Origin: Patescibacteria group bacterium
GTDB taxonomy: Bacteria > Patescibacteriota > Microgenomatia > Levybacterales > GWA1-39-11
Assembly (NCBI GenBank): GCA_035545675.1
Contig: DASZYA010000004.1
Span: 6,519-70,518 of the forward strand
Reading direction: 5' to 3'
Length of the DNA: 64,000 bases
The stretch's first letter is position 1, and each line of letters starts with the position of its first letter. Shown piece after piece: positions 47,361-57,706 of this stretch. The notes under the pieces were generated by a model, which was not told the origin of the DNA, made no database searches, and saw only the letters and a program-made list of their open reading frames with translations. The translations under genes were made by a program, and so were the position numbers.

Positions 47361-49151
47361 CTAGCTTAGGAGTTTGGAGTATTTATTAAATTCTGTTTCT
47401 AGCTCTTCTACTTTTTGGCTGTCCTTTTCTTTTTCTGCTTCACCAATTAACGTTCCAAGTTTTTTAAGTTTTGCTCGGACGCTTGTAGTTTTGGCTTGCT
47501 TTGCAATCTTTTCAATTTCTGTTTTTAGTTTCTCATCACTGTTAAAATCAGCAATCGGTGCAATTGAAGCTGTATCAAAAGCCATTTTGAGTTCACTTGG
47601 TAAATATGAGGCAAAATGGCTTGCATCAAATGTAGTGCTAGTTTGCGTATAGTCTTCAAGTTTTTTTAAAACCTTCTCGTATGAGGGGTTTGTGAGGCCA
47701 ATCCCATCCAATACTGTTTTTGCGGTTACTAAAAATTCTTTAGGACGGGGCGATTGAAAAATCAAAGATAAAAGATATGTTTCAATTTTCTCCTCTTTTG
47801 TTAGTTGGCGATTAATATCTGATACTACTTTTTTGGGTTCTGGTTTTGTGCTCTTTTGAGCCTGACGTGTAACTGAGTCAAGAGAAACGTCAAGTTTTTC
47901 TGCCAATTTTTTAAGATAATGCTCTTTTATAACCTCGTTTTCTATTGCGGCAAGATATGGTAGAGTTCTGTCTAGTATCTTTTTCATTCCCTCAGCGCTC
48001 GCCTTATCTGATTCTTTTATCGCTGAGTCAATAATGAAGTCATAAACATTTATGTCATCTCTCATTGCCTTCTTAAAAGCTGGCGCGTTTTCATTTAGTA
48101 GTTCATCTGGATCTTTACCTAGAGGAGGAATAATAACTGTGGCTGTAATTCCCTCATGTTCAATTAATTGAATTGATCTACGCTGTGCTTCTGTTCCGGC
48201 CTTATCTGTGTCAAAACAAAATACAAATTTTGGAGCAAAACGTTTTAGAAGTTTTATTTGATTTTCTGTTAAGGCAGTTCCTTTGACTGCGACTATATTT
48301 GTAATTCCTTCCTTGTGAGCCGTTATTACATCAAACTCTCCTTCAACAATTATTACTTTCCCCTCTTTTTTAATTCCATCACGAGCAAGATTTATTCCAA
48401 AAAGAGTGTCACCCTTTACATAAACCGGAGTTTCACGAGTGTTTACATATTTTGGTTGGGTTTCAGCATTTAACCCACGGCCCGAGAAGGCAATAACATT
48501 TCCACGGGCATCAATTATTGGAAAGATTATTCTACTTCTAAAAAAGTCTGATACGTAGCGTCCACGCCTAAAACCAAGACCCGCATTAAGAACTTCATCC
48601 TCTGTGTATTTTTTCTTGCCAATAAGATATTTGACTAACGCATCATTGTCTGGTGCAAACCCAAGATTGAAAGTTTTTATAAGCGGAATAGACATTTTTC
48701 TTTCATTCAATAAATAATCTAGTGCTTTTTTTCCAACCGGATGGCTAAGCAATAGATAGTTATAAAATTGGGAGGTAAGATGATTTAGGGAGTAAATTGA
48801 CTCTTGTTTCTTCTCTCTTTCTGTTCTGGCTGCTGGGGCGCTAAGCTTTATTCCAGCCCGCATTGCAAGTTCTTTCAGAGCTTCTCCAAATCCAATATTT
48901 TCGTACTCTTCTACAAAAGTAAAAACATCTCCTCCTTTTTGACACCCAAAACAGTGCCAAATTTGACGATCCGGAGATACTACAAAAGAAGCGCTTTTTT
49001 CATCATGGAATGGACAATTGGATTTAAAGTTACGTCCTGCTTTCTTAAGCTGAATATAGCTTCCAATTACATCAACTATATCTAGTTTTTGTTTTACTTT
49101 TTCTATATCGTCCATGGGTATAACAAACAACTGACAATTGACCACTGACAA
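47361..49151 (-). CDS. dnaG: DNA primase DnaG (ORF opens at a TTG at 49151; the conserved N-terminus begins at the ATG at 49114)
   Basis: Zinc-binding CPFHDEKSASF..WHCFGCQKGGD; TOPRIM IIVEGEFDV..DTDKAG. Confidence 0.85.
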   Translation of the reverse strand: MSVVNCQLFVIPMDDIEKVKQKLDIVDVIGSYIQLKKAGRNFKSNCPFHDEKSASFVVSPDRQIWHCFGCQKGGDVFTFVEEYENIGFGEALKELAMRAGIKLSAPAARTEREKKQESIYSLNHLTSQFYNYLLLSHPVGKKALDYLLNERKMSIPLIKTFNLGFAPDNDALVKYLIGKKKYTEDEVLNAGLGFRRGRYVSDFFRSRIIFPIIDARGNVIAFSGRGLNAETQPKYVNTRETPVYVKGDTLFGINLARDGIKKEGKVIIVEGEFDVITAHKEGITNIVAVKGTALTENQIKLLKRFAPKFVFCFDTDKAGTEAQRRSIQLIEHEGITATVIIPPLGKDPDELLNENAPAFKKAMRDDINVYDFIIDSAIKESDKASAEGMKKILDRTLPYLAAIENEVIKEHYLKKLAEKLDVSLDSVTRQAQKSTKPEPKKVVSDINRQLTKEEKIETYLLSLIFQSPRPKEFLVTAKTVLDGIGLTNPSYEKVLKKLEDYTQTSTTFDASHFASYLPSELKMAFDTASIAPIADFNSDEKLKTEIEKIAKQAKTTSVRAKLKKLGTLIGEAEKEKDSQKVEELETEFNKYSKLLS

Positions 49152-49170
49152 TTGACCACTGACAATTGAC
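49128..49170. repeat. three direct copies of CTGACAATTGACCA immediately upstream of the dnaG start
   Basis: A direct read; a related motif occurs at 38251-38290. Confidence 0.6.
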
Positions 49171-49341
49171 GGTTTGCAAGGCTATTGTAGCACAGAAGAT
49201 ATATTCGCTTGCTCTCTACAATTATTCATATGCTTAACCAATTATTGCTATTAGCTATAAGCTCGAAGTATGTTTTTTCTTTGATTTATGTTTCCTGTCT
49301 TGAAAACTATTAGCTATTTGCTATTAACTATTAACTAGAAT

Positions 49342-50868
49342 ATGTTTGCCAAGGTTTTTTCAGGCGCTGTCATTGGGCTTGATGGGGTTTTGGTTGAGGT
49401 TGAAACAGATATTCTGTCTGGACTACCGGCTTTTAATATTGTGGGCTTAGCAGACCGCGCTGTAGAAGAATCTCGTGAACGAGTTAGGTCTGCTCTAAAA
49501 AATATTTCAGCAGATTTACCTGCCAAAAGAATCACTGTAAATTTAGCACCCGGCGATCTACCAAAAGAAGGTTCATCCTTTGATCTTCCGATTGCCATTT
49601 CAATACTTCTTGCAACGGGACAATTATCAGCAGATGTTTCGCGCTCCATGTTCTTGGGAGAATTGTCTTTGGATGGTTCGGTTCGTAATACCAACGGGGT
49701 TTTGCCGGTGGTGTTGCTAGCCAAAGAGCTTGGAATGGAGAATATTTTTGTCCCTGAGCAAAATATATTAGAAGCTGCCGTTGTATCGGGTGTTAATATC
49801 TATCCGGTAAAAACTTTAAAAGAAATTTTTCTTCATTTGTCTGGTCAAAAAATCTTAGAGGTTTTTCCGCAAGCCTCTTATGAGAGTTATCTAAAGGATG
49901 AAGAGTACGATTTTGATATGAGAGATATTAAGGGACAGGAATTTGTAAAGCGCGCAATAGAGATTGCAGTTGCCGGAGGACACAATATCTTACTTAAAGG
50001 GCCACCCGGAAGTGGAAAAACCTTAATATCAAAAACCGTCCCATCAATTCTTCCGCCACTTACTTTTGATGAAGCAATTGAGGTAACAAAGATTTATAGT
50101 ATCTCGGGTCTTCTTGGTAAAAATGCTCTCATGGTTGTCCGCCCTTTTAGGAACCCCCATCATACTACGTCTCATATCGGGCTAATTGGTGGATCAGCTG
50201 TTCCCAAGCCAGGAGAAGTGTCACTTGCACATCGCGGAGTTCTATTCTTAGATGAATTTCCTGAATTCCCAAGACAAGTTCTTGAAGCTCTTCGTCAGCC
50301 CTTAGAGGATGGTCATGTAGTTGTTTCTCGTGCTCGCCAAAGAGTAACTTTTCCAAGCCGCTTTATGCTAGTTGCTGCTCTTAATCCATGTCCTTGTGGG
50401 TTTTATGGAGATCCAAATAATGAATGTAAATGTACTTATTCTCAGGTTCTTCGTTACCAAAAAAGGGTTTCAGGGCCAATGCTAGATAGAATTGATATTC
50501 ATATTGATGTTCCAGCAGTTAAAGCTTCAAAGATAGTAAATGATGATGAAGAAGAGGGAGAGTCTTCTAAAAAGATAAGAGGGCGCGTTGTAAAAGCTCG
50601 TAAAGTTCAAGAGAATCGTTTTAAGGGCAAAAAAGTTATTACAAATAGCGAAATGAGTACGCGAGACATAAAGCAATTGTGTAAAATAGATGAAGAAGCA
50701 AAGGAAGTCTTAAAGCAAGCACTTCTTAAGCTCTCTTTATCTGCTCGGGCGTATCATAAGGTCATAAAAATTGCCCAGACTATTTCTGATCTAGATAATT
50801 CTGACACTATTTCTCGAAATCATGTCCTTGAGGCCCTGCAATATAGACCCAAATTGGCAGAGAGCTGA
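49342..50868 (+). CDS. comM: YifB/ComM-family Mg-chelatase-like AAA+ ATPase
   Basis: N-terminal Lon-like domain (VFSGAVIGLDGVLVEVE), Walker A GPPGSGKT, C-terminal ChlI-like domain. Confidence 0.8.
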   Translation: MFAKVFSGAVIGLDGVLVEVETDILSGLPAFNIVGLADRAVEESRERVRSALKNISADLPAKRITVNLAPGDLPKEGSSFDLPIAISILLATGQLSADVSRSMFLGELSLDGSVRNTNGVLPVVLLAKELGMENIFVPEQNILEAAVVSGVNIYPVKTLKEIFLHLSGQKILEVFPQASYESYLKDEEYDFDMRDIKGQEFVKRAIEIAVAGGHNILLKGPPGSGKTLISKTVPSILPPLTFDEAIEVTKIYSISGLLGKNALMVVRPFRNPHHTTSHIGLIGGSAVPKPGEVSLAHRGVLFLDEFPEFPRQVLEALRQPLEDGHVVVSRARQRVTFPSRFMLVAALNPCPCGFYGDPNNECKCTYSQVLRYQKRVSGPMLDRIDIHIDVPAVKASKIVNDDEEEGESSKKIRGRVVKARKVQENRFKGKKVITNSEMSTRDIKQLCKIDEEAKEVLKQALLKLSLSARAYHKVIKIAQTISDLDNSDTISRNHVLEALQYRPKLAES

Positions 50869-51010
50869 TAGGTGTTAGCTCATAGGTTTTAGGGAATAGG
50901 GATTAGAGAAATTCAATTATCAAATTCCAATTAATCAAACCAATTAATAAATAACAAAAGATAGCGAGTTTGAAAATTGATCAATTGATTTAATTGGTAA
51001 TTAATTAAAA

Positions 51011-51892
51011 ATGGATAAAAATATCTTTACAAAAATATTTACAGTTTTTCTCATTTACTCTCTTCTACTTCTTTTTATTGGAAGACAAATTGGTTTTATT
51101 CCAGAACTTCATTTTGGAAATAAAAAAGTAGTAACAGCTACCCAAGATACAAGAAAACAGGTTTTAGATCAGTTTTTAAGAAATGAAAAAGGAGAATACA
51201 GTATTTATTATAAGAATCTAAAAACCGGAGAAGAGTTTGGGATAGATGAGAACAAAGTTCAGACAGCTGCTTCTTTGAATAAGCTCCCCTATGTTGCCTA
51301 TTTATACAACCAAGCAGGCAAAGGAAAAATAAGTCTTTCTGATCAAATTACAATTCAGAAAGATGATATACAAGATTACGGTACGGGATCGTTACGGTAT
51401 GCGGATCCTGGAGGATCATACTCTCTTAAGACATTAACAAAACTTGCTATGGAGCAATCTGATAATACAGCGGCTCATGTTCTTGGCGTAAGGCTTGGTG
51501 CGGACAATGTGCAGGATTATGTTAATTCTCTTGGGATGCTAGCAACAAATCTTGATAACAATACAACCTCAGCCAAGGATATGGGAACAATTCTAGGAGA
51601 TCTCTATATGGGTAAAGTTGTAAATTCTGCCTTAAAGCTTGAGCTTCTTGATTTTATGAAAGATACGGATTTTGAAGATAGACTTGCCCGCAACATTCCC
51701 AAAAGCGTTTCCGTTTATCATAAGGCCGGGGATGGAGTTGGTTTTGTGCATGACGCTGGAATAATTGATGATGGTAAGAATCCGTTTATTCTAGTAGTCA
51801 TGACAAGTGAGGTTCCAGATATAGAACATGCAAAATCAACAATTGGAAAGATCGCAAAGTTTGTCTACGATAAACAGGTTTCAGCGAATTAG
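51011..51892 (+). CDS. class A beta-lactamase-like serine hydrolase with N-terminal anchor
   Basis: SxxK (ASLNK), SDN (EQSDNTA), K[ST]G-like (HKAGDG). Confidence 0.55.
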   Translation: MDKNIFTKIFTVFLIYSLLLLFIGRQIGFIPELHFGNKKVVTATQDTRKQVLDQFLRNEKGEYSIYYKNLKTGEEFGIDENKVQTAASLNKLPYVAYLYNQAGKGKISLSDQITIQKDDIQDYGTGSLRYADPGGSYSLKTLTKLAMEQSDNTAAHVLGVRLGADNVQDYVNSLGMLATNLDNNTTSAKDMGTILGDLYMGKVVNSALKLELLDFMKDTDFEDRLARNIPKSVSVYHKAGDGVGFVHDAGIIDDGKNPFILVVMTSEVPDIEHAKSTIGKIAKFVYDKQVSAN

Positions 51893-52510
51893 TTTCACTA
51901 AGTTGTGATAACTCTCTGCTGGATTCGGTGCGGTCCAGATGCAGCTGGTTGAAACGAATCGCGTTGCTCCGGATTCATGTGCTTTAGCAATAGTTTTGTC
52001 GTTTATTCCCCCATCTGCTCCTATTGGAATATTAGTCAGTTTTCTAAGATGACGGATTTTATCAAGCCTGTCTTCCATAAGGGGTGGGCCAGAAAATCCA
52101 ACTCTATCTGATGTGTAGATAAGTAGAGAATCTAATTCTTCGAAAGGAACTTTTATAGAAGAAATATGAGTTGGTCCATCCAGCGCTAGTCCTACTTCTC
52201 CAAATCTTTTTGCTTCTTTTATAAATTCATTCTGGGAGCTCATGTGTTCAATATGTCCTAAAAATCTTTTAAACCCCGCTTTGCCCCAATTATTAAGCAA
52301 ATTTATAGGGTCTTGGACCATCATGTGAAGTTCTAAAAATAAATCTTGTGAATATTTACTAAATGGTTCCGGGTCAAGAAAAGTTAGATTATTTACAAAT
52401 TTTCCATCAATGATATCTACATGGACGGTGTTGGTGAATGTTTTGATTTGGTTTAGTTTTTTTTCGATTGAATCCCAATCTTTTTCAAGTACGCCGGGGA
52501 TAACTTGCAT
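51881..52510 (-). CDS. rpe: ribulose-phosphate 3-epimerase
   Basis: VHVDIIDGKFVNNLTF, HMMVQDP, GADGGIN. Confidence 0.6.
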   Translation of the reverse strand: MQVIPGVLEKDWDSIEKKLNQIKTFTNTVHVDIIDGKFVNNLTFLDPEPFSKYSQDLFLELHMMVQDPINLLNNWGKAGFKRFLGHIEHMSSQNEFIKEAKRFGEVGLALDGPTHISSIKVPFEELDSLLIYTSDRVGFSGPPLMEDRLDKIRHLRKLTNIPIGADGGINDKTIAKAHESGATRFVSTSCIWTAPNPAESYHNLVKLIR

Positions 52511-52598
52511 GAATCTAGTATAAGATATCAGGTGTTAAGTATTAAAGAGTTAACGAGTTAAAGAGTTTAAAATTTATCTGTGATCCAAGATCTAAGAA

Positions 52599-53102
52599 CT
52601 AAGATCTATTTTCGATTGCTGTAATCTTATCTATTCTTCTCTGGTGTCTTGCTTCTCCAGAAAATGGAGTTTCAATAAATACTTTAGATGCCTTCTCGGC
52701 ATCCTCTTTTGTAACAAAGCGAACTCCAAAAGAAAGCATATTTGCATTGTTATGAATCCTTGCGAGTTTCACTATCTCAAAGGGATCAGAACTTTTTGTG
52801 CCATTTATGTCAATGGAATCTATTGGAGCTGCTGCTGTATAAAATAATGCGCAACGAATTCCTGGATATTTATTAGCAGCCATTTGTTCTCCTTGTCCCG
52901 ATCCTCCTATTACGATTCCAAAACTTCCAGGATTTTGACTGACTTTTTGTGCGGCTAGTCCAATAAAGTCTGGATAGTCGTCATCTGGATCATATTTCTC
53001 TGGTCCGCAGTCTTCTACATCATAGTTGTCATCAACCAGATATCTTCTAATGGCTGCTTTTAGATCTAATCCTGTATGATCTGCTGCTATATAAATTTTC
53101 AT
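52599..53102 (-). CDS. rpiB: ribose-5-phosphate isomerase B
   Basis: MKIYIAADHTGLDLKAAI. Confidence 0.75.
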   Translation of the reverse strand: MKIYIAADHTGLDLKAAIRRYLVDDNYDVEDCGPEKYDPDDDYPDFIGLAAQKVSQNPGSFGIVIGGSGQGEQMAANKYPGIRCALFYTAAAPIDSIDINGTKSSDPFEIVKLARIHNNANMLSFGVRFVTKEDAEKASKVFIETPFSGEARHQRRIDKITAIENRS

Positions 53103-53123
53103 AATTAACCTAAAACCTAATCT

Positions 53124-54011
53124 CTAAATTATTGCCTTATTGCTTGATCCGAATACGTCTATCTTTTCTTCTACCACTTTTTGTACATCATCTTCAACTG
53201 TTTTCATTAGTTTTACTACTGCATATTCATCTGGATTATCCTTAAGTTGTTCTTCTAGCTCATTTCTAAAAGCAACTCTCATATCAGAATTTATGTTGAT
53301 TTTACTTACGCCCACCTCAATAGCTTGCTTAAAATATTCAGGAGGAGTCCCTGATCCGCCGTGGAGTGATATAGCACAAGGTAAAACTGCCCTAATTCTT
53401 TTTAGAAGCTCTATGTCGAGGATTTTGGGCACGGGATATTTGCCATGAAGATTTCCTATTGCTGCAGCAAATGTATCAATTCCTGTTGCTTCTACAAAAG
53501 CTTTTGCTCCCTCTGGTGTTGAGAAAGTCTTTTTAATCTCTTCGTAATCTATTTCCTCTTTGTGTAGGTTTGAACTTCCTCCAAAATAGTGAGGTTCTGA
53601 TTCAACGAGTGCTCCTGTTTTTTTAGCATACTCTACAACCTCTTTTGTTGCTTGAATTATTTCTTCTTCTGTTGCATCTTTTTTTGCTTGGGATAGATCT
53701 ATGTGGATAAATTCAAATCCTGCATCAATACCCGCCTTTGCTGCTTCAACGCTTGGCGAATGATCTAGGTTTATATACATTTCAACACCAAACTCTTGCT
53801 TGTAGTTATCAACCATGTCGCGAACATTAGCAAGTCCCATTGCTTCTACTTCTCCGTGCGATACTTCTACCAAGACGGGTGCGTTTTTATTTTTTGCTGC
53901 TCTGACGATTGCTATGAGGGTTTCTTGATTGTCTATGTTGAAGGCACCTACTGCGAATTTTTCTTTCTTAGTTCTCTCCCATAATTCTCTTGCCTTGTCT
54001 TGATTTGTCAT
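53124..54011 (-). CDS. fba: class II fructose/tagatose-bisphosphate aldolase
   Basis: FAVGAFNIDN...ISLHGGSGTP. Confidence 0.8.
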   Translation of the reverse strand: MTNQDKARELWERTKKEKFAVGAFNIDNQETLIAIVRAAKNKNAPVLVEVSHGEVEAMGLANVRDMVDNYKQEFGVEMYINLDHSPSVEAAKAGIDAGFEFIHIDLSQAKKDATEEEIIQATKEVVEYAKKTGALVESEPHYFGGSSNLHKEEIDYEEIKKTFSTPEGAKAFVEATGIDTFAAAIGNLHGKYPVPKILDIELLKRIRAVLPCAISLHGGSGTPPEYFKQAIEVGVSKININSDMRVAFRNELEEQLKDNPDEYAVVKLMKTVEDDVQKVVEEKIDVFGSSNKAII

Positions 54012-54958
54012 ATCTGTTTTGCACTTAAATTATTATTGCTTTTTATTCTTTCGTCAAGCTCTTTTTTGGATAGTAAGCCGTTTTCTGCACCAATTTGTTG
54101 CATTTTGTATTCAGCATTTGTTGCTCCCCAAAGCATTGAGGTGGGAATATCTTGTTCGTTGAGTATTCCGGCAAAGAAACCCGAGGCATATGCATCTCCT
54201 GCGCCGGTTTTTTCTTTCCCTACACCTGGAGCTGGGTCAATATGATACATGGTTCTTGTTTTGTCAGCAGCATAGGCTCCATTTGCCCCGTCTGTTATTG
54301 AGATAGTTTCTACTCCTAAATCAAGAAGAGTCGCTAGCTGCTCTTTTATATCAGATTTATCTGTTATCTTTTCTGCTTCTTCCTTGTTTGAGAAATATGC
54401 CTTTGAATTTTTTACTACGTCTAGAGTTAATTCATTTTTCTCTTCAATTTGGCGTGTTCCAGGAGAGAAAGCTAGGGGAATATTGTTTTCTCGGGCATAA
54501 GATAGAACTTTCTTATAGGCGTCTTCCCACATTTCTGGAATTGAAGTTAGAAATATATAGTCATACTTTTCTTCTTTTGGAGCAAAACCGTAAGAAGCCC
54601 TGCCATAATTGGAAACAATAATACGATCTTCTGGGAAATCTAGGATCAGGTGTATTGGGGAGGCAAGATCAGGCACCCTCTCGATATCAAGTCCTACTCC
54701 TTGGCTCGAAAGGCCATTTTCTATTTCGCGGGAGAAAAAATCTGATCCTAAATATGTGTAGAATGTGGTTGGAGTTTCCAATTTTGTCAGACCAACTGAA
54801 ACATTCGCGCCATTTCCCCCAATAGAATGACCCTGGATTTGGGATGGAATTTTATCCCCCAGAGATAGCTCTACTTTCTTATCGTTGAGATTAAAATGAT
54901 CTTTATCAAGAGTTAAAAAGAGGTCAATAACAGAGGATCCAATTACAAGAACATGCAT
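54008..54958 (-). CDS. PfkB-family carbohydrate kinase
   Basis: GGNGANVSVGL; DPAPGVGKEKTGAGDAYASGF (PfkB signature 2). Confidence 0.7.
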   Translation of the reverse strand: MHVLVIGSSVIDLFLTLDKDHFNLNDKKVELSLGDKIPSQIQGHSIGGNGANVSVGLTKLETPTTFYTYLGSDFFSREIENGLSSQGVGLDIERVPDLASPIHLILDFPEDRIIVSNYGRASYGFAPKEEKYDYIFLTSIPEMWEDAYKKVLSYARENNIPLAFSPGTRQIEEKNELTLDVVKNSKAYFSNKEEAEKITDKSDIKEQLATLLDLGVETISITDGANGAYAADKTRTMYHIDPAPGVGKEKTGAGDAYASGFFAGILNEQDIPTSMLWGATNAEYKMQQIGAENGLLSKKELDERIKSNNNLSAKQI

Positions 54959-55187
54959 AGATTAATTGTAGAACAATTTAGCAGCTACTGACAACCCTTC
55001 GACAGGCTCAGGCCAGGTCTTATCTCAGAATGAACAAAAGGCTGATTCCTCTTCCAAATAAGGCTAATTCTTGGTATAATTTGGATTGATTTCAAGGCCT
55101 TTTTGTTAAGTGGTCTGATTCTGCCTGTCCTAAGAATTTATACCTCTGCGTGATTTTTGGTTAACGTAGATCTCTTAAGTATTTATT

Positions 55188-57611
55188 ATGCGTATTATCA
55201 TGGCTGTCCTAAACTTTATTGTTAACCTACTTGTGAGGATTGGTGATTTTGTGCTTGATATGTTTTATCTTCCGGTAAAGGCTACTAAGAGCGCAGTTCC
55301 CTCTGTAAAAAATATTACAAAACCTAGAAGTGGCACATTTAACCTTAAGAAAAAAGAACCCATAAAGTTGCCAAAAATAAAAGTAAAAAGTCCAATACCT
55401 TTAGTTAGTTCATTTTTTTTAAAAGTATTCCAGGTAGTAAAAAAAGCATTTTTGATTGTTGTAAAAATCTTAAAACTTCCTTTTGTTTTTATTGCTTTCG
55501 TTTTTGGTTTTATTGTGGGTGGAATCAAGAAAATTCATCTTCCAAGGTTCAAGAAACCAAGCATTACGCTTTCCGCAAGAACATCAACGTCTAGGAAAAT
55601 GGCTGTGAAAAAGCCAATCAAGAAGGCAAAGTTTACTTACCATAAGCCAAGCTTTACCTACAAGCTAAAGTACGTTTTTATAGGTTTTATGTTTTCTTTT
55701 GTTTTTCTATTCATGCCTCTTGTCTCGTTTCTTTTTGTGTCCGATCTTCCAAATCCATCTGATCTATCTGTAAATTACATTCCAAAAACCACAAAGATTT
55801 ATGATAGAAACGGAACGCTTCTTTATGAGATCTATGCAAATCAAAACAGAACTATAGTAAGTCTTAATGACATACCAAAAAACCTTACAAATGCTACTGT
55901 TGCAATTGAAGATAAAGATTTCTATAACCATCCAGGATTTGATATTAGAGGAATAATAAGAGCACTTATTACAAACGTTAGAAATCAAGGTTTTCAGGGA
56001 GGATCAACTATTACTCAGCAGCTTATTAAATCTGCTTTTTTAACGCCTGATCCAACCATTGTCAGAAAAGTAAAAGAAATAGCTCTGGCCTTCTGGGCAG
56101 AAAGAGTTTATTCAAAAAATCAGATACTCGAGCTTTATTTGAATTATGTTCCTTATGGTGGAACTGCTTGGGGAGCACAAGCTGCTTCTGATGTCTATTT
56201 TGGCAAAGATGTAAAAGATTTAGATCTTGCTCAGTCTGCTTTTCTTGCCGGTCTTCCCCAGTCTCCATCTGTTTATTCACCTTTTTCTGGAAATAAAGAT
56301 CTTTGGAAACAAAGACAGCGTGAAGTTCTTAATGCGATGGTTAAATCAAATTACATTACAAAAGATCAGGCAAAGAAAGCCTACGATGAAAAGCTAACGT
56401 TTAATACTCCCGATGTTTCTATTAAGGCTCCACATTTTGTTATGTATGTAAGGCGTTTACTAGAAGAAAAATATGGTCTTACAGAGGTTGAGCGTGGAGG
56501 GTTATCGGTTTATACCAGTCTTGACCTTGGGGTCCAGAATAAGGCTGAGCAAATAGTAAGTGATGAAGTTGATTCTGATTCATATCTTAACATTGGAAAT
56601 GGAGCGGCTTTAATTACTGATCCAAGGAATGGAGATATACTCGCTATGGTAGGAAGTAAAAACTATTTTGATACGGCAAACGATGGAAATGTTAATCTTA
56701 CGACTTCACTTAGACAGCCCGGATCATCAATAAAACTAATTACCTATTCCCTTGCTTTGTCACAAGGTTATACGGAGGCATCTATTATGGATGATACCCC
56801 TCTTACAATTAGTGTTGCAGGTGGTCCATCTTATAGCCCTGTAAACTATGATGGTAATTTCCATGGAAAAGTTCCTTTAAGAACGGCTTTTGCAAATTCA
56901 TTTAACATTCCACCGGTTAGGCTTGCTCAAAAATTTGGAGCGGATAAGGTAAAAGACTTTGGGGTAAAAATGGGAATTAGTTCTTGGACTAATGTTCAAA
57001 ATTATGGCGTTTCAATTACTCTTGGAGGAGTTGAGGTTAAGATGACAGATCTTGCAACAGCCTACGGAGTTATTGCAAATAGCGGACAAAGAGTTGATCT
57101 TAATCCAATTCTTAAAGTTCAGGATTCTCATGGTCAAACAATCTATTCAAAGAGCATTAATGAGACTCCAATTCTTGATCCTGGAGTAGCTTTCATAATT
57201 TCTGATATCCTAGCTGACAACAATGCGAGAAGTATTGAATTTGGACTTAACACACCACTTAACGTTCCTGGTGCTCGTGTTTCTGTAAAAACTGGAACAA
57301 CAGATAATAAGCGTGATAATTGGACAATTGGTTTTACCCCAAATGTAGTTGTGGCAACTTGGGTTGGAAATAATGACAATTCCCCTCTAAACCCCGCTCT
57401 TGCCTCTGGAATAACTGGTGCTGCTCCTATGTGGAATAAGATTATGACTATGATGCTTGATAAAATTGGAACCCCATCAGCCGTTGTAATACCGGGAGAT
57501 GTTGTTAAGAAATATTGCCTTGGGCAGGATAGATATTTTGTGCAAGGAACAGAAAATTCTGTAAGTTGTAGCGGACCGGCAACCTCTACTACTCCCACTC
57601 CACAACGTTAA
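55188..57611 (+). CDS. bifunctional penicillin-binding protein 1A (GT51 transglycosylase + transpeptidase) with unusually long basic N-terminal extension
   Basis: GT51 RNQGFQGGSTITQQLIK; TPase SxxK (SSIKLI), KTGTT. The first ~125 aa are Lys-rich with hydrophobic stretches, and the true start may be at an internal Met. Confidence 0.8.
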   Translation: MRIIMAVLNFIVNLLVRIGDFVLDMFYLPVKATKSAVPSVKNITKPRSGTFNLKKKEPIKLPKIKVKSPIPLVSSFFLKVFQVVKKAFLIVVKILKLPFVFIAFVFGFIVGGIKKIHLPRFKKPSITLSARTSTSRKMAVKKPIKKAKFTYHKPSFTYKLKYVFIGFMFSFVFLFMPLVSFLFVSDLPNPSDLSVNYIPKTTKIYDRNGTLLYEIYANQNRTIVSLNDIPKNLTNATVAIEDKDFYNHPGFDIRGIIRALITNVRNQGFQGGSTITQQLIKSAFLTPDPTIVRKVKEIALAFWAERVYSKNQILELYLNYVPYGGTAWGAQAASDVYFGKDVKDLDLAQSAFLAGLPQSPSVYSPFSGNKDLWKQRQREVLNAMVKSNYITKDQAKKAYDEKLTFNTPDVSIKAPHFVMYVRRLLEEKYGLTEVERGGLSVYTSLDLGVQNKAEQIVSDEVDSDSYLNIGNGAALITDPRNGDILAMVGSKNYFDTANDGNVNLTTSLRQPGSSIKLITYSLALSQGYTEASIMDDTPLTISVAGGPSYSPVNYDGNFHGKVPLRTAFANSFNIPPVRLAQKFGADKVKDFGVKMGISSWTNVQNYGVSITLGGVEVKMTDLATAYGVIANSGQRVDLNPILKVQDSHGQTIYSKSINETPILDPGVAFIISDILADNNARSIEFGLNTPLNVPGARVSVKTGTTDNKRDNWTIGFTPNVVVATWVGNNDNSPLNPALASGITGAAPMWNKIMTMMLDKIGTPSAVVIPGDVVKKYCLGQDRYFVQGTENSVSCSGPATSTTPTPQR

Positions 57612-57656
57612 GGATTAGGATTTAGGGAATAGGGATTAGAGATTTAATCTGCTATT

Positions 57657-57694
57657 CGCTATTCGCTATTCGCTATTCGCTATTCGCTATGTAT
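57657..57694. repeat. (CTATTCG)n tandem heptamer repeat, ~5.5 copies
   Basis: A direct read, between the PBP1A stop and the pgk start. Confidence 0.8.
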
Positions 57695-57706
57695 AATGAT
57701 TAAGGA

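Noticed and set aside
49115-49151. dnaG N-terminal 12 codons from a TTG start at 49151
   Set aside because: The conserved primase N-terminus begins at the ATG at 49112-49114. The upstream 37 nt are the CTGACAATTGACCA direct repeats, so they are probably regulatory rather than coding.
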